A stretch of 64,000 bases of DNA from Marsupella aquatica (GCA_973895155.1 OZ316895.1:2901659-2965658), one strand, 5' to 3'; counted from the stretch's first letter, positions 47,544 to 60,887 are shown. The notes: generated from the sequence alone by a model not told the origin. Numbers and translations are program-made.

Positions 47544-49611
47544 ACCATCATAACACATAAGATACCTCAACAACTTTCTTGCCTCATCTACATTTTTTGT
47601 CTTGCCTCAACATCTTTGTGCAGGGCACAAGCATCTGGCTAGTACACATTAAATCACATGCTAACTACAGTAATTTTACATGCATGATAGGTACGCTATA
47701 GTGGGGCTTTGGGTTTTGCCCTTGGTAGTTCTAGTGTTGGCCCATGGTGGCCTTCTGGGCCCTTTGGCTGTCCTCCTCCCTTGATTGGGTCCCTTGCCTC
47801 AGGGTTCATGTCTCCCCCTTGGGCTCCCTTCGTTTTCTTTGGCACTTTGATATAATTATAAATGCAGCATGAGGAATTATACTTTAATGGCAATGTGTGT
47901 TTCCACGGAGGACCACAGCAAAAATTATAGGTCAAGTTTACAAATATTCTTCCATTGAAGCATCAAAATGTAGAGGCCGAACTAACTTGAAGTATGACTC
48001 TCCATGGAACCACAGACTCCCCGTTGGAGCTCCACCGCTTTTTCTTCCGGTTGGTGCAGGAAGAATGTTGCACAGATGACAATTTGATTGCATAGACAAT
48101 AAATTGTACAATGCACGAGCATTGGGCTATCATGGTGAAATGAGAAAGATGTATACATACATCACAAACGATCATAAACAATTATGCCAATTCTGGTGGA
48201 TCACCTATTTATGAAAACAAATACAAAAATTTCCCCAAAACTAGTCCACTGACCTGTCCCTTAACCAACGTAGACTTGGTAAGAGCCCTGCTTGGTATAA
48301 CAGGGAGTGGATAGGGAAAGGTCAGGGGGAGAGGAGAGGGAAAAAAGGGGACACGTACAGAGAAAAAATGATCACAGACCTAACACATCTCGCCCTCCAT
48401 TGCACCACATCCACCTCCTTCTGGACATACTTGCAGCAACTTGCATCCTGGCTTCCATCACTCGCCCTTTGCTGAAAAATGGTCAGCAGCACCAATGGTG
48501 CCATGGCCTGATTCAAAGGCTGATGCTTCCTTTCCACTAGCTGCAACATGAGTAACACCCTCAATACCACTCTCTTACCGCAACACTTCAATCTCCTTCT
48601 CTATCCTTGCCTTGACAACACTTCCTGAGTGTGCCTCACTCACTTTCTTGCCTAACTTGCATTTTTTTGTCTCACCTCCACAGTTTTGTGTCATGCACCA
48701 AGAACAAGATGATTGCAAGAATTGTATGATGACAGTGATGTTGTACACCGCATGGACATTGGGTTTTGTCAAACACATAGCCTCACATTTGCATTAAATT
48801 TTAAGCATCTTACACATTATGTCTTTGTTGCGGTGATTGACTTATAGTCTGACTTCAATATTTTGTGCACACCCAACAACATGACCTCATAGCCTTAACG
48901 ACACACCATGGCCGCAATGACTGCATGCACATATGACTGTATCATGAACATGGTCTGCAACAACTGCATGGTTGGAACAATAACATAGTGACAATCAACA
49001 ACTTACAACTGTACAAACCCGGGCATTGGAACAACCAAATGGCCTGTTCCAAATGGCCGCAACGACCACATGACTGTCGGTGACGTCCCATGTCTGACCA
49101 TCATAGCACATAAGATACCTCAACAACTTTCTTGTCTCATCTGCATTTTTTTGCCTTGCCTCAACATCTTTGCGCAGGGCACGAGCATCTGGCTAGTACA
49201 CACTAAATCACACACTAACTAGTAATTTCACATGCATGATAGGTAGGCTATGGTGCTTTGGGTTTTGCCCTTGGTAGTTCTAGTGTTGGCCTTTGGTGGC
49301 CTTCTGGGCCCTTTGGCTGTCCTCCTCCCTTGATTGGGTCCCTTGCCTGAGGGTTCATGTCTCCCCCTTAGGCTCCCTTTGTTTTATTTGGCACTTTGAT
49401 ATAAATATACATGCACGAGGAATACTCTAATGGCAATGTGTGTTTCTAAGGTGGACCACAGCCAAAAGTTATAGGTCGTGTACGAATATTCTTTCATCGA
49501 AGAATCGAAATGTAGGGGCCGAAATAACCTGAAGTACGACTCTCCATGGAACCACAGACTCCGCGTTGGAGCTCCACCGCTTCTTCTTCCGTTTGGTGGA
49601 AGGAAGAATGT
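47544..49611. repeat. ~520-bp direct duplication (47544-48068 and 49097-49611) separated by ~1 kb
   Basis: Colinear from accatcata(a/g)cacataagatacctcaac to ggaagaatgt, with many transitions. Confidence 0.93.
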
Positions 49612-49929
49612 CCTCCACTGCATTCCTGAAGGCGGAGGATTCTGGAGAAGAAGAATCATGCCTGTCTGACCCACTCGTAGGGGAGCCCAACTTCCTCGGA
49701 GTGATTGAGATTCTTCGGGCTTGTGGGAAAGGACCGATTCGAGTTCTGTCTGTCGGAGATCGATGCTTCGATCTGCTCAAATTTAGCACAGTTTAGAGCT
49801 TGGAAATTCAGCTGCGGGCAGGGCAGGTACGATTACAGTGCATGATGTAGTGGTTCAGAGGTTCAGCGAGGGAATTGAGACGACTGCGATTGAATTTGGT
49901 AGAGTGTGAGGTCGGCGACGGATTGAGAG

Positions 49930-50970
49930 ATGATGGCATCGATGTTGTTGTCCAAGCATCTGCTGCCCACGGGCTTACCGACTGGGCTGACGGGTGGTAA
50001 AGTCTCTCTGCTGGTGAAATCGACGTTGCCTTTGCCAATCTCACCTTCGAGCTGTGCACTGACTTCTCCTTTAGCGCGCAAGGGGCTAGGATTGGGCTCG
50101 CGCACGGCCATTAAGGACACGAAGGCGAGTCCTGCAGCTTTTAATTTGTCGACACTTTCACCATGCTTGGCTAGAACGGTACCTCACAGGCTAGGGGGGG
50201 CGGGAAAGAGAAGGGAGACGGTGAGAGCGTCACAGTACGATGGCATTTTGCCTACAAACGAGAGATACAACGAGAATGGTACGTCTACCTCAACAATTGA
50301 GAACATTTTGGACTCTTCGCCGCCCGTGCTGGAGTTGGAGACTGAAAAGAGAACCTGGACTGTGAACGATATAGAAGAGAAGATCGAGCGGACGATCTTC
50401 GACTTCCGGTTTCTGACTCTGTTCGGCGTGGTGGGGTCTTTGCTCGGTGCGGTTCTGTGCTTCCTCAAGGGATGTCTGTTCGTAGCGCATTCTTACCGAG
50501 AGTACATCCGGGCGTGCTTTGGCGGTGGAGTGCACACGAGCCGTGTGATTCTCTATCTAGTGGAGGCGGTCGATGTCTACTTGATGGGCACGGTAATGCT
50601 CATCTTCGGGATGGGCCTGTACGAGCTGTTTGTGAGCAGTTTGGAGGTGCCTGGTGGGATGTGCCGGCTTTCACCCGATGGCTCTCGATCGACAGTCTGT
50701 GGTTCCAATCTGTTCGGGCTCTTTCGTCTTCGCGAACGACCCAAATGGTTGGAGATCAGGTCTCTGGATGAGCTGAAGACAAAATTGGGCCATGTGATTG
50801 TGATGATTCTCCTCGTGGGCATGTTCGAGAAGAGCAAGAAAGTCATCGTCCACACGTCCATGGATTTCCTCTGTTTCTCAGCATCCATTCTCCTCTCATC
50901 TGGAGCCCTGTACCTGCTGTCCATTCTTCAACACCATTCCTCACGGAGTGATTCTGCGAAGGCTGCCTGA
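49930..50970 (+). CDS. UPF0114/YqhA-family membrane protein with likely plastid transit peptide, 346 aa, intronless
   Basis: IEEKIERTIFDFRFLTLFGVVGSL, LVEAVDVYLMGTVMLIFGMGLYELF, GSNLFGLF.L.ERPKWLEIRSLDELKTKLGHVIVMILLV. Ser/Thr/Arg-rich N-terminus. Confidence 0.92.
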   Translation: MMASMLLSKHLLPTGLPTGLTGGKVSLLVKSTLPLPISPSSCALTSPLARKGLGLGSRTAIKDTKASPAAFNLSTLSPCLARTVPHRLGGAGKRRETVRASQYDGILPTNERYNENGTSTSTIENILDSSPPVLELETEKRTWTVNDIEEKIERTIFDFRFLTLFGVVGSLLGAVLCFLKGCLFVAHSYREYIRACFGGGVHTSRVILYLVEAVDVYLMGTVMLIFGMGLYELFVSSLEVPGGMCRLSPDGSRSTVCGSNLFGLFRLRERPKWLEIRSLDELKTKLGHVIVMILLVGMFEKSKKVIVHTSMDFLCFSASILLSSGALYLLSILQHHSSRSDSAKAA

Positions 50971-51442
50971 TGTGCGATTTGACAGAATCCATTCTGCTTT
51001 CTCTTCTGGGACTCCTTGAACTTTACTGTCTATAGCTTGCAAAAGCTTGCAAAAAGCATTGCTAAAATCGGGTGGCTGTGAGGGAGGCAATTAATGCATC
51101 AGGTTTGTTTCAATGTAGTCCATTAGCTCAGATTTACAATCCACCATAAGTTTGTGGGTAGGTCGACACTGTAGCACCACGAGAAAATAAATGTTGAGCT
51201 TATTACAATACTCTTATAGAGTAGGCAATTTATGGGTCCTCATCTTCTTATATCAAAACATGTAACTATGGCCAATTTACAGATTCCTGGGCTTCGTTTT
51301 GGGTAGAGAGGTCTCTTGTTTAGGGTCTTGGCATCGTCCAATGTCACAAGGGCCACAGTTTTCTTGAGCTGTATAGAAATTTTGACAAGAGATTTACTTA
51401 GGATGAAATGAAGAATGTCTCGTACTGAAAGTTAGAAGACGT

Positions 51443-51806
51443 TTGGGCTGCCCTGCTCTGCCCTTGATTTTAATCAGTTCTATAAAAAAGGTCTCATGGC
51501 TCCCCTGTTGTTGGTAAGGACAATTCCCTTCTATTTAGAATTTTCCGTTGCTAAAATGGCCTTCACTAGCTGAATTTTAATCATATGTTCAATTCTTGGA
51601 AGGTGGTAATAGTGCAAGAGATGTACGAATGATAATATTATTGTTTCCTCTAATGAAAGTTACAGGAGGTTTGGGCTGCTCTCCTCTGCTCTTGATTTTG
51701 TTCAATTCCATGAAAGGGGAACCACAGGTCACATGGTTCCCCAGTTTTTGGTAAGTACAATTACCGTCGTCCAATAATTTTTAGCTGTAAAATGGCCTTT
51801 ACTAGC
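51443..51806. repeat. Degenerate ~130-bp direct repeat (51443-51570; 51670-51806)
   Basis: Both run from tttgggctg(c)...cttgatttt to taaaatggcctt(c/t)actagc. Confidence 0.7.
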
Positions 51807-54800
51807 GATTTTGTTAAGCAATTGATGAATTCTGTCAACATCGCATAACACATTTGGGCTATGTTTACTTGTGACATTCTAGCTTTAAAACTAATGGGAG
51901 GAAATGACAACATTTTCTCCTTCCTATCCGCCAATCTGCCAGCTCACGTCCCCATTCACATGACTCTACCCTTACTCTCCTCCATGTTGGCCCGTCTGTG
52001 GCATTTTCTTCAGGTTTCTTCGAGTGCATATCCATTCAACCACCCCCCCTCCCCCCCTTCTTCTGGTTGGAGGAAGTACCCTAACCCCAATCAAGCATCA
52101 AAGAAGGTTGATGGTGCATGGGCAAGGAGAACGACACCTGTGAGAGCTTGTTGCTCAAAGGCAGGACTAGGAAGAAATGGACAAAGGCCACCTTTTTGGG
52201 GGGCTTGCGCTTGGAAGAAATGGTGTATTTGGTGGGTTTAGGGTTAGGGAGCAGCAGTAGTTTTCTTCCCATTTTGGGACGGGGGAGTGGGGTAACGGAA
52301 GGCAGGAAGAATGGTTTTTTTTTGTTTTTTTTGGGGGGGGGTCAGAATGGGAGTATTTGTTTGCATCATTTTAGGAAAATGAGGAGCAGAAGGGGAAGCA
52401 TAACAGAGAGTGATATATAATTGTAGTGAGTGAGTGTCACTTTTTACTCAATGCAGCGAGTAACTATGTTCAGTTATGTGTCACCAAGGGTTCTTAAGTT
52501 TTGTGAATAGCAAGGTCTGTTGTTGACGGCATGACATCAGGTTAGTTTTACTCGTCGAGCCATTTCTGTGGCTTGAAGATGTTTAGAATGATGCCACTGT
52601 TTAATAGCAACTGCGTTCAAGAACAATAAGCTACCAAAAAGTTTGGGTTGCCGTTATGCCCCTTTTGGAATCCGAACAAGGGACCGAGCATGTGTGAGGC
52701 TTACATTCTAATTACCCTGCCTGCATCTCTTGTGCGACATAGACAGCACCTTAATCTAGTTCTAGTTCATCACATTCAACTTTCAGTGCTTAAGGTTAGT
52801 GCTTAGGTAGCACATATAGACAACAACAAACAGTAGGTCAAAAGATTGTAATTCAACAACACACAGGTCCATCTTGCAGGCAGGAGTCTCCAGGGACTGT
52901 TTTCAATAAAAATGGTAGTTGGACAGAGAAAGTGCAAAATGCGAGCCGCATGAGTTTGATTATGGACGCATGACAGAGATGAGGAAAGGAACCATAAAAC
53001 AGGACCAATTTACTAAAAGACCGCCCCAAGAAAGTACAAGGGAGGAAAAGCAAAAGAGGGCAAAGACCAAAGTCAAAAGAGAAGGGCAACTGCAACTCCG
53101 GAAAAAAACCTAAGAAAAGAAGAAAAAGCAAGAGACAAAATCTAACATTGCAATAGTGTGATGATCCACATCAAATGTCCTAACTGAGTTTGCATGTGGG
53201 ACATGGATATCCTCTTGGGCAATGACCAGGAAAGGAGACTTTGATTCCTGAGACCATTTTCTGGCATCCCTTTCGTATCGTCTCTCAATTCTTGTTAGCA
53301 CTTGAAGAATATGCACAGCCAATGATATGAAATCACTGTGACAAATGTAGGGACTGTGTTCTGAAAGCCATCCACATGATTGTGAGGTGGCCCTGAGAGG
53401 TGTAGAAATAACCCAACGCGACACATGTGCAACATGGGGGACCAATGACCAGTGCAAATTCTTGCATGACACAGTCCAATCGAAGTGATTGTAGTATTGG
53501 GCCCACAACTAAAGATTTATATTCTATGCCAATTCTACATTCTTGCATAGCTTTTTTTGAAAAAAAAGGTATGTTTACCATCCCAAGGTTTTATGACATT
53601 CACTACAAATCACTCTACTTGGTAAGTGTGTGTCAAAATGTGAAAGATAACCACAGTACACCAATGGCTGGGCTCATTGCTCATGGAGACATTTAATGGT
53701 TTCTTTTGAAGATTTACATATAGGTGACAACCGCAGTCGGGTTCCATATTTACCAGTGGGGGAATGGGATATGTTGTTTCTACTTGTGGGATGACATGTT
53801 TCTCAAAAATTTTCTATACTCATTCCCTAACCATTGACCGTGTTATTTCCAGCTTTCAAATGAGGGGACCTAAGTTTTGGCAATAGATATTTCCAGAACA
53901 TTGTTCATAGTGCTTCCAGAGTACTTGGATTATGTTTTGTCACACTATGGTTTGATTATGTCCAGCCAAGTCTTCAGAACCAACCTTGTGCCTAGAGGGG
54001 CTTCTTTCATGCAACTGTACTAGGAAGGACTAGTTTACTCATTCATAAGGACTTTAAGCAACTTGTGGAAGTTTGTGCTAAAAAGGCAAGGGTGTTTGAT
54101 AACAAAAGTCTGCAGAATGAATTGGAGTGTCCACCTAAACAAATTCGGGGCCTCCACTCAGCTAAAGTTGCAACAAGTTCACTCCAATTGGAATAGACTC
54201 TTTGTGCCTTTACAGAAGTAAAGGAACAAAAAAGAGTTGCTTAATCCTTCTACTTGTCCTCCCAGGACAAGTCCACTGTGTTTGGGAAAAGGCTCCACAC
54301 GCATTAAAGTTGCAATATTACCATAGAGGAGTTGCTTAATCCTTCCACTGGTCCTCCCCAATTGTGAAAAGGTGAGTAAAACAGGTGGTTTGTCATTAAT
54401 ACCAATTCATTCTAGAGATGAAGTGATTCTACTCTTGCTTAATTAAACTCCCTTAGGATGACTTTACAAGAAGTTGGGGCACTTGTGATTTCTTTTCACC
54501 AGAGCAAACCACTTCTTGTTAGAAAAATAAGTTCTAGAACAATTGTTTTTTGAAATACATTCAATAAATGCAAAACCCTAGAACGAAGGATCCAAAGTAT
54601 GGGAATTCTAGTCAATAAACACCCACATGGGCATACTCTTGGGAGCACTACTTGGCATGTAGGATGGGTAGACACCACACCACCCAGCTCATTTTTAGCC
54701 CAGATTCAATTAATGGCTTGTATAGTCATCCAAACAGGATGTCTCAAAGCTTCATACTTAGGGATGATGACTTTTTGGCCATATACAAATGACCGTAGCT

Positions 54801-56461
54801 TTTCACAGGGCTCTGCAAATAAGAAAGCAAGATTGGCAAGCAGCTCTATCAGTTGCAGTTTCACAGAATCATGTAATAATAATTTTTCACTAGCCTCTAC
54901 AGCAACTTATGGTCATGGCTTATGACCAGTCTTTTATGGCAAAAAAGTTATGAATCCTGAATTTGGTACACTAACCACTAAGTTCCATAACCTTAACTAC
55001 TAAGTTAGGATCCATCAGATTTTGAGGTTTGAGACCCCCCAATACTACAGTAGTAGTCAGCATCCCAGGTGGATTCATTTTGTTGCCATTAGAAGGTGGC
55101 TGACCAGGACCCATGCCCATACAAATGTCTTGCCCTAGGGGCCAGGGGCTTTGTTTTCTTGGGTCCCGATGGTGCTTCTGTCTCAGCCAGTGTTCTTTAG
55201 CTCCCTGCTGGTCCTCAGGGCGGGCTTTCTTGGGGCTTTCTCTGATTACTTATTTTCCCACCAAAAAAAATAGTAGTCAGTAAACTCCGGAGCTGTACCA
55301 GGCTTTTCAGTTCTTGGCTTAGTAGTGTGTTAGCCTTCACAACTCCTTTGTAAGTTCCTCCTTTGTAAGTTCTTTTTTGGTCCTCGGCTTTTGGTTGGGG
55401 ACCCCTTGGCTTGTTTTTCTTGGGGCCCTGTCTCCCTCTTTTCCTTCCCTTCATTGGGTTGCTTTGCCTTTGGGATTCAGCGTTTTTTGCCCTTGGGCAC
55501 TGTGTTTTATAGTCAGCAACCTAAGCTTGATAAAAAAGTTTGCTGGTATAACTATTCACAAACTGTAGAGAGGTGTATTTACGGTTATGGAGCGGCCAGC
55601 AAGCAGCATATTCGTGGAATTGCCTTTCTGCGAGCCGCAACTGTGATCACCTCCTCACAAATCGGCAGCGACCCAAATCCATCTCATCGACCAGAAACCG
55701 GATAGAATGATCGCCCTCTGCTATCATATCTGCTTTATCCTCCCGGCCCACCTCCATCCCTCTCTGTGTCTCCTCTGCGCGCTCCACACTCTGGTCCCGC
55801 CTCCGCTCTCCTCCATCGTGGGCAAACAGAGAGCGAGCGTCCTCCTCTCCGGCCTCTGAGGGATTCGAGAGAGCGCAAGCCATTGATTGATTGCCGTTGC
55901 TTCCGATCTTCTCTCGTAGTCTAGTCCTCTCCATCTCTCGTCATCCATTCATCCACTGGTCCATGATTTCTCTGACTACAGCAGCTTGTCATCGCCCGCA
56001 GGCGAGTTTGTGGGCAGCAGCTGCTGGTGCTGGAAGATATTTGTGATTCGTCATTCGCCGCGTTTTCGTTTCTTTTCGTAATCTTGACGACACAGCGTTG
56101 GCTTCCGCTCTCTCTCTTTTCCTCCCCCCGAGCCTCTCTCGAACCGAGTTGGGGCATCTTCTGGAGAGGGAAGATGCGCCACTTGGGTTGAGAGACGGGT
56201 TTGTCAAGAAACGGGAGAGCTTTCTTTACGAGGTTACGAGCTGAAAGCACGTGGTACAAATTTGTTGTAGTTGGCTGGAGATTCAGAAAAGAGGGAGATA
56301 GGAAGGAACTGAGAAGTAGTTCTCAGTGAATTGCACATTACGGATTCTGCGCCATTCCGTTGCTCCTGGTGTCTACCAAATTTTGGCGGTATCATCCACT
56401 GCTTGAAATTCACCGTTCGCATTACAGTCTGGGATTGGGCTTTCACTTCCCATCTGTTGCA

Positions 56462-58759
56462 ATGGAAGCGTTACAAGTAGTGGCTAGCCCATTCTTCTCG
56501 GGTGGATTGTTGAAGAACGGCACACAGACGAGGATTTCTGAGGCGGTGGGGCTCAGTAATGGGAGGCAGCAGCAGAGGGTGGATTTGGCGGTGGGGAGAG
56601 ACACTAGTGTACCTATGGGATCATCAGCTGTCAGTACGACTAGGGCCGTGGAATGCGCTGAAAGCTCATCGGTCGTGTACAACGCCAGCGATCTGGTCGG
56701 AAGGGGAAAGCGTTCTGTGAGTTTTGTCACTCGTGGAAGGAGTGTTGCTGCTGAATTAACGAGAGGGTTTTGGGGCACTGGATATGTTTCTCGACGGAGG
56801 GGATCATCAAAGTGTTTGGTCACCACTACTGCGGAGGCTGAGCTTGCAGACGCTGCTGCCTCTTACCCATTTTCATTCGAGGAGGAATCGTCTAGTCAGG
56901 GGAATTCCCGAGAGAGAAACGCCAAGAGCAACAATAGTAAGAGCGGAGCATCGTCTGTCTCGTCTGGAGTCAGATTGGAGCACATTAGCAAGACTTTCAA
57001 GGGCCAGACCGTTCTAAAAGATGTGAGCTGGGAGGTGAAAAAGGGGGAGAAAGTCGGCCTCGTTGGTGTGAATGGGGCAGGAAAGACAACGCAGTTGAGA
57101 ATTATTGCCGGTGAGGACGAGGCAGATTCAGGTTCAGTAATCAAAATGAGGAACAATATGAAGATTGCTTTTCTCACGCAGGAATTCGAGGTGGTTCCTA
57201 GCCGGACGGTGAGGGAGGAGTTCCAAAGTGCGTTTGCAGAGCAAATGACGATTTCTGCTAAAATTGAAAAAGTGCAAACTGCTTTAGAAATGGCCACAGA
57301 CGATATGGACTTGATGGCTAAACTACTGGACGAGCTTGATAGGCTCCAAAGACAAGCTGAGGCTGCGGATATGTACGATGTAGATGTGAAGATTAATAAG
57401 ATAATGGCAGAGCTGAGCTTCTCCATGGAGGATGGAGATCAATTGGTGGCGGCTTACAGTGGTGGATGGCAGATGAGGATGTCTTTGGGGAAGATATTAC
57501 TCCAAGAGCCGGATTTATTACTTCTAGATGAACCGACGAATCACTTGGATCTCGACACAATTGAGTGGCTGGAGGGGTATCTCAAGAAGCAAGATGTCCC
57601 CATGGTGATCGTGTCGCATGATCGAGCATTCCTGGACCAGCTCTGCACGAAGATTGTGGAAACAGATATGGGTATCTCCCGCACTTTCGAGGGCAATTAT
57701 TCCGAGTTTGTTGGTGCCAAGGCCGCCTTGGTTGAGACTCAGCGTCTAGCATGGGAGAAGCAGCAGAAGGAAATTTCACGAGCCGAAGATCTCATTCAAC
57801 GTCTGAGTGGAGGGGCGAACACTGGACGTGCCACTTCTGCGGAGAAGCAATTGGAGAAGATGCAAGAGGAGGGGCAGATCGTGGAGAAGCCGTTTGAGGC
57901 TAAGCAAATGAGATTCCGGTTCCCAGAGCTCGAGAGGAGTGGGAAAACAGTGGTGGAGATCAGTGGTCTGTGTCACCAGTATGACGATAAGGTGTTGTTC
58001 AAAAATGCCAAGTTTCTCATCGAGAGAGGAGAGAAGGTAGCGATTATCGGTCCCAACGGTTCTGGGAAGAGCACTCTACTGCGGTTTATCATGGACCTCG
58101 AATGTCCAACATCAGGGGAGGTAGAGCTTGGTGAGTACCGAGTTGTGCCAAACTATTTCGAGCAGAATCAGGCAGAGGTTTTGGATCCGGAGAAGACCGT
58201 GCTTCAAATAGTGGAAGAGGCTGCCGAGGACTGGAGGTTGAATGACATTAAAGGTTTGCTAGGAAGATGTAATTTTAAGGCTGATATGATGCACCGAAAG
58301 GTATGCTTTCTCAGCGGAGGTGAGAAGGCTCGTTTAGCTCTTTGTAAATTTATGGTGACTCCTTCCACTTTGCTGGTTTTAGATGAGCCAACGAATCACC
58401 TTGATATCCCATCAAAGGAAATGTTGGAGGAGGCACTCAGGGAGTTTAAAGGGACTGTCATTGCCGTTTCTCACGACCGATACTTCCTCCGCCAGATTGT
58501 TAACCGGGTAGTAGAAGTCAAGGAGCAGCAATTACAAGATTATGCTGGAGATTACAACTATTATTTGGAACAAAACCTGGAAGCCAGGAAACAAGAGCTG
58601 GACCGTGAGGCCGAATTGGATGCGAAATCCCCCACGGTGAAGGCAAAGTCCAAGATGACCAAGGCAGAAAAGATTCTCGCGAAGAAGCAAAAGGCATCAT
58701 CATTCCAGGCAACCAAAGCTAAGGGGAAGGTTGCCAAGAATTCCAAGAGGTGGAATTGA
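56462..58759 (+). CDS. ABCF5: ABC-F family ATPase (plant ABCF5-like, probably plastid-targeted), 765 aa, intronless CDS
   Basis: Two ABC domains without TM segments: Walker A GVNGAGKT and GPNGSGKS, signatures YSGGWQMR and LSGGEKAR, LLLDEPTNHLD twice, C-terminal KNSKRWN. The first in-frame ATG is 56462; the track start at 56360 is TTG. Confidence 0.95.
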   Translation: MEALQVVASPFFSGGLLKNGTQTRISEAVGLSNGRQQQRVDLAVGRDTSVPMGSSAVSTTRAVECAESSSVVYNASDLVGRGKRSVSFVTRGRSVAAELTRGFWGTGYVSRRRGSSKCLVTTTAEAELADAAASYPFSFEEESSSQGNSRERNAKSNNSKSGASSVSSGVRLEHISKTFKGQTVLKDVSWEVKKGEKVGLVGVNGAGKTTQLRIIAGEDEADSGSVIKMRNNMKIAFLTQEFEVVPSRTVREEFQSAFAEQMTISAKIEKVQTALEMATDDMDLMAKLLDELDRLQRQAEAADMYDVDVKINKIMAELSFSMEDGDQLVAAYSGGWQMRMSLGKILLQEPDLLLLDEPTNHLDLDTIEWLEGYLKKQDVPMVIVSHDRAFLDQLCTKIVETDMGISRTFEGNYSEFVGAKAALVETQRLAWEKQQKEISRAEDLIQRLSGGANTGRATSAEKQLEKMQEEGQIVEKPFEAKQMRFRFPELERSGKTVVEISGLCHQYDDKVLFKNAKFLIERGEKVAIIGPNGSGKSTLLRFIMDLECPTSGEVELGEYRVVPNYFEQNQAEVLDPEKTVLQIVEEAAEDWRLNDIKGLLGRCNFKADMMHRKVCFLSGGEKARLALCKFMVTPSTLLVLDEPTNHLDIPSKEMLEEALREFKGTVIAVSHDRYFLRQIVNRVVEVKEQQLQDYAGDYNYYLEQNLEARKQELDREAELDAKSPTVKAKSKMTKAEKILAKKQKASSFQATKAKGKVAKNSKRWN

Positions 58760-59425
58760 ATACATTTATCCAGGTAGCCGGTCCCTTCTTTCAGGTGTAG
58801 GGAGTTTCACAGGTAAAGGGAAACATGGGAAACTACGCAGAAGGGCCTGACTATAGTATCATGCATAGAAGTGTGTGGTCCGTCGTAGAGTCCCGTAAAG
58901 AATTTGTAGACTGTAAACTATGGTAGCCTTCTTTGGGTTCTTAGACTGACCTGCCTCCTCCCAAGACATGTACTCTATCATCTTAGAGCGAATATGGTTG
59001 TTGAATCGGACACTATGGAGTAGATTATTCTACTTCCATTTGTTTTTCTTTTCCTTTTTAATCTGTACAGATTGGCACAACGATTACCCTAATTCAGCTC
59101 TATGCCCGGTTAAGTTTGACAGGGTGCAACGATTGTTGATATGTGTTGTGCTACGGTCAATCCAAGTGGTGCGGAACTCCTGTGTATTTGTATAGTACTT
59201 CGAAGACTTGCTTCTTGGCATACTACGTAATAGAACTACATGCAGATTAGGGTTGGAGATGGAAAACGCTTCGGCAGTGCAATGTACTTGCTCCCAGGTT
59301 CAAGCCCATTCACTTATGATTTGTGTGTGCGGTCCCCCTCACCTAGAAAATTGATCAGATGAATATATATCTGTGTTTGGATCTCTTTACTGCACATCCA
59401 CCTTAGATAAAGTTCATGATTTGTA

Positions 59426-59527
59426 TCATCACAGTAAAAAGCTCAAGGAGTTTGAGGTTCTCAGAATCTTGAAGGGTCATCACAGTAAAAAGCTCAAGGA
59501 GTTTGAGACTCTCAGAATCTGGAAGGG
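59426..59527. repeat. 51-bp tandem duplication
   Basis: tcatcacagtaaaaagctcaaggagtttgag(gt/ac)tctcagaatct(t/g)gaaggg occurs twice. Confidence 0.92.
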
Positions 59528-60887
59528 ACAGTCCGGTTGCAGCGGTGTGGTTTGACTTGTGAATTTCGTCCCCATGTCCCAGTGAAACACGAGTTTTTGG
59601 GCAGGGCTGTTCAGAGACATTTCACACAGCGTCCGAAAAGCATAGTGGCACTTCATGGTAGGAGTCGTGTAGTAAATGCTACGCACGTTCCCATGTAGAC
59701 TTGCGGAGCTGCAAATTTCTTGCCTCAAATCTCTGTTCCATAGAGACACCTCTTTCTGTTCAATTCTCTTAACTGTTTCGCCTAAGAGGTTTGTAACATT
59801 TGAGAGACCCAAACGGTTCTAAACTTCTTCTTTGTATAGTCTGTCCCATACAGTTACGTTCTACGTTAAACGTTCAGAGACCATGAATCGTAATCTACTA
59901 GGTTCTAAATTCGGAAAGACCATGTGCCATCAAATACCTCCTTTGACAGTGGCAATTTCAGATCGTCTGCAAGAAACTAGTTTGATGGGGCCAAGTACAC
60001 TCACTGCCCAGGTAAATAGAAGGACGTCTTCTGCATTATCATTTCGATGGCTGCTAAATAGAGTCGAGATGAGTGCTGCTACCTTGGGATCAACGTGAGA
60101 GCTTTCACGTCCTTAAACCTGTCCTAAGGTAAGCAGCGAGAAATTTGGTCGCGGATAACTTGAATGGATTTCCATTCCCAGTCTTCTTGCGTTCCAACAC
60201 TTATGTTCATGGCATGTCGAAAATTCTATTCATTCAGTTTTTCTCGCATTCAGCTTCTGTACAGACTTGGAACATTATTACTGTAGTACCCAGAAGCGGT
60301 TCTGCATATGGATGATGAGGTTTAGTATTGGTCTGCCTCTGGGACGGCGAAACTAGCTAAACCACAAATCATGTTCTCTTCAAAGTGAAGGGCTCTCTAG
60401 CGAAGATAACGAAATTGAGTGGCATACAATACAATGCTCTGTGTCCTTGGATAAATCTCGTTTCATGTGTACTATTCAACTTTGAGCCGATCAGTAAGCA
60501 AATCCGAGGATTCTTGGTCCAATTTATCTAATTCGTGTGGATCCGTGTTATTCAATGGTGGTAAGCTAGACTTACTGTCAGCACTTGTGCATCCACTGCC
60601 AGAATGAAAACTTCCGGCGACATGATTTAATTGATCGAACCAATCTAATTTATGCTGAGAGGTTCCGATGGGGTACGATCACGCGTTGAGAGCAGCGTGA
60701 CGAGTGTCACCGTTTGAGCTCACGGCGATGTTCTTCACTGTTTCGGTTGGAATTCGTAATCGAGGTGAGTGGGGAGGGGGAGGGGGAGGGGGAGAGTGAG
60801 GTGTGTCTCCGCGAAAATGATATGACAGTCCTTGACATGATAAGACCCTAAACTTAGACACGGTAGAGTGTATTTTGAAAAAGAACT

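Noticed and set aside
55100-55540. G/T-rich segment ending in an A-run as a LINE/SINE tail
   Set aside because: Composition is suggestive, but no TSD or coding remnant could be found.
56360-56461. N-terminal 34 aa of the 799-aa ABCF ORF
   Set aside because: It starts at TTG. The eukaryotic start is the ATG at 56462, in good context (gcaATGG).
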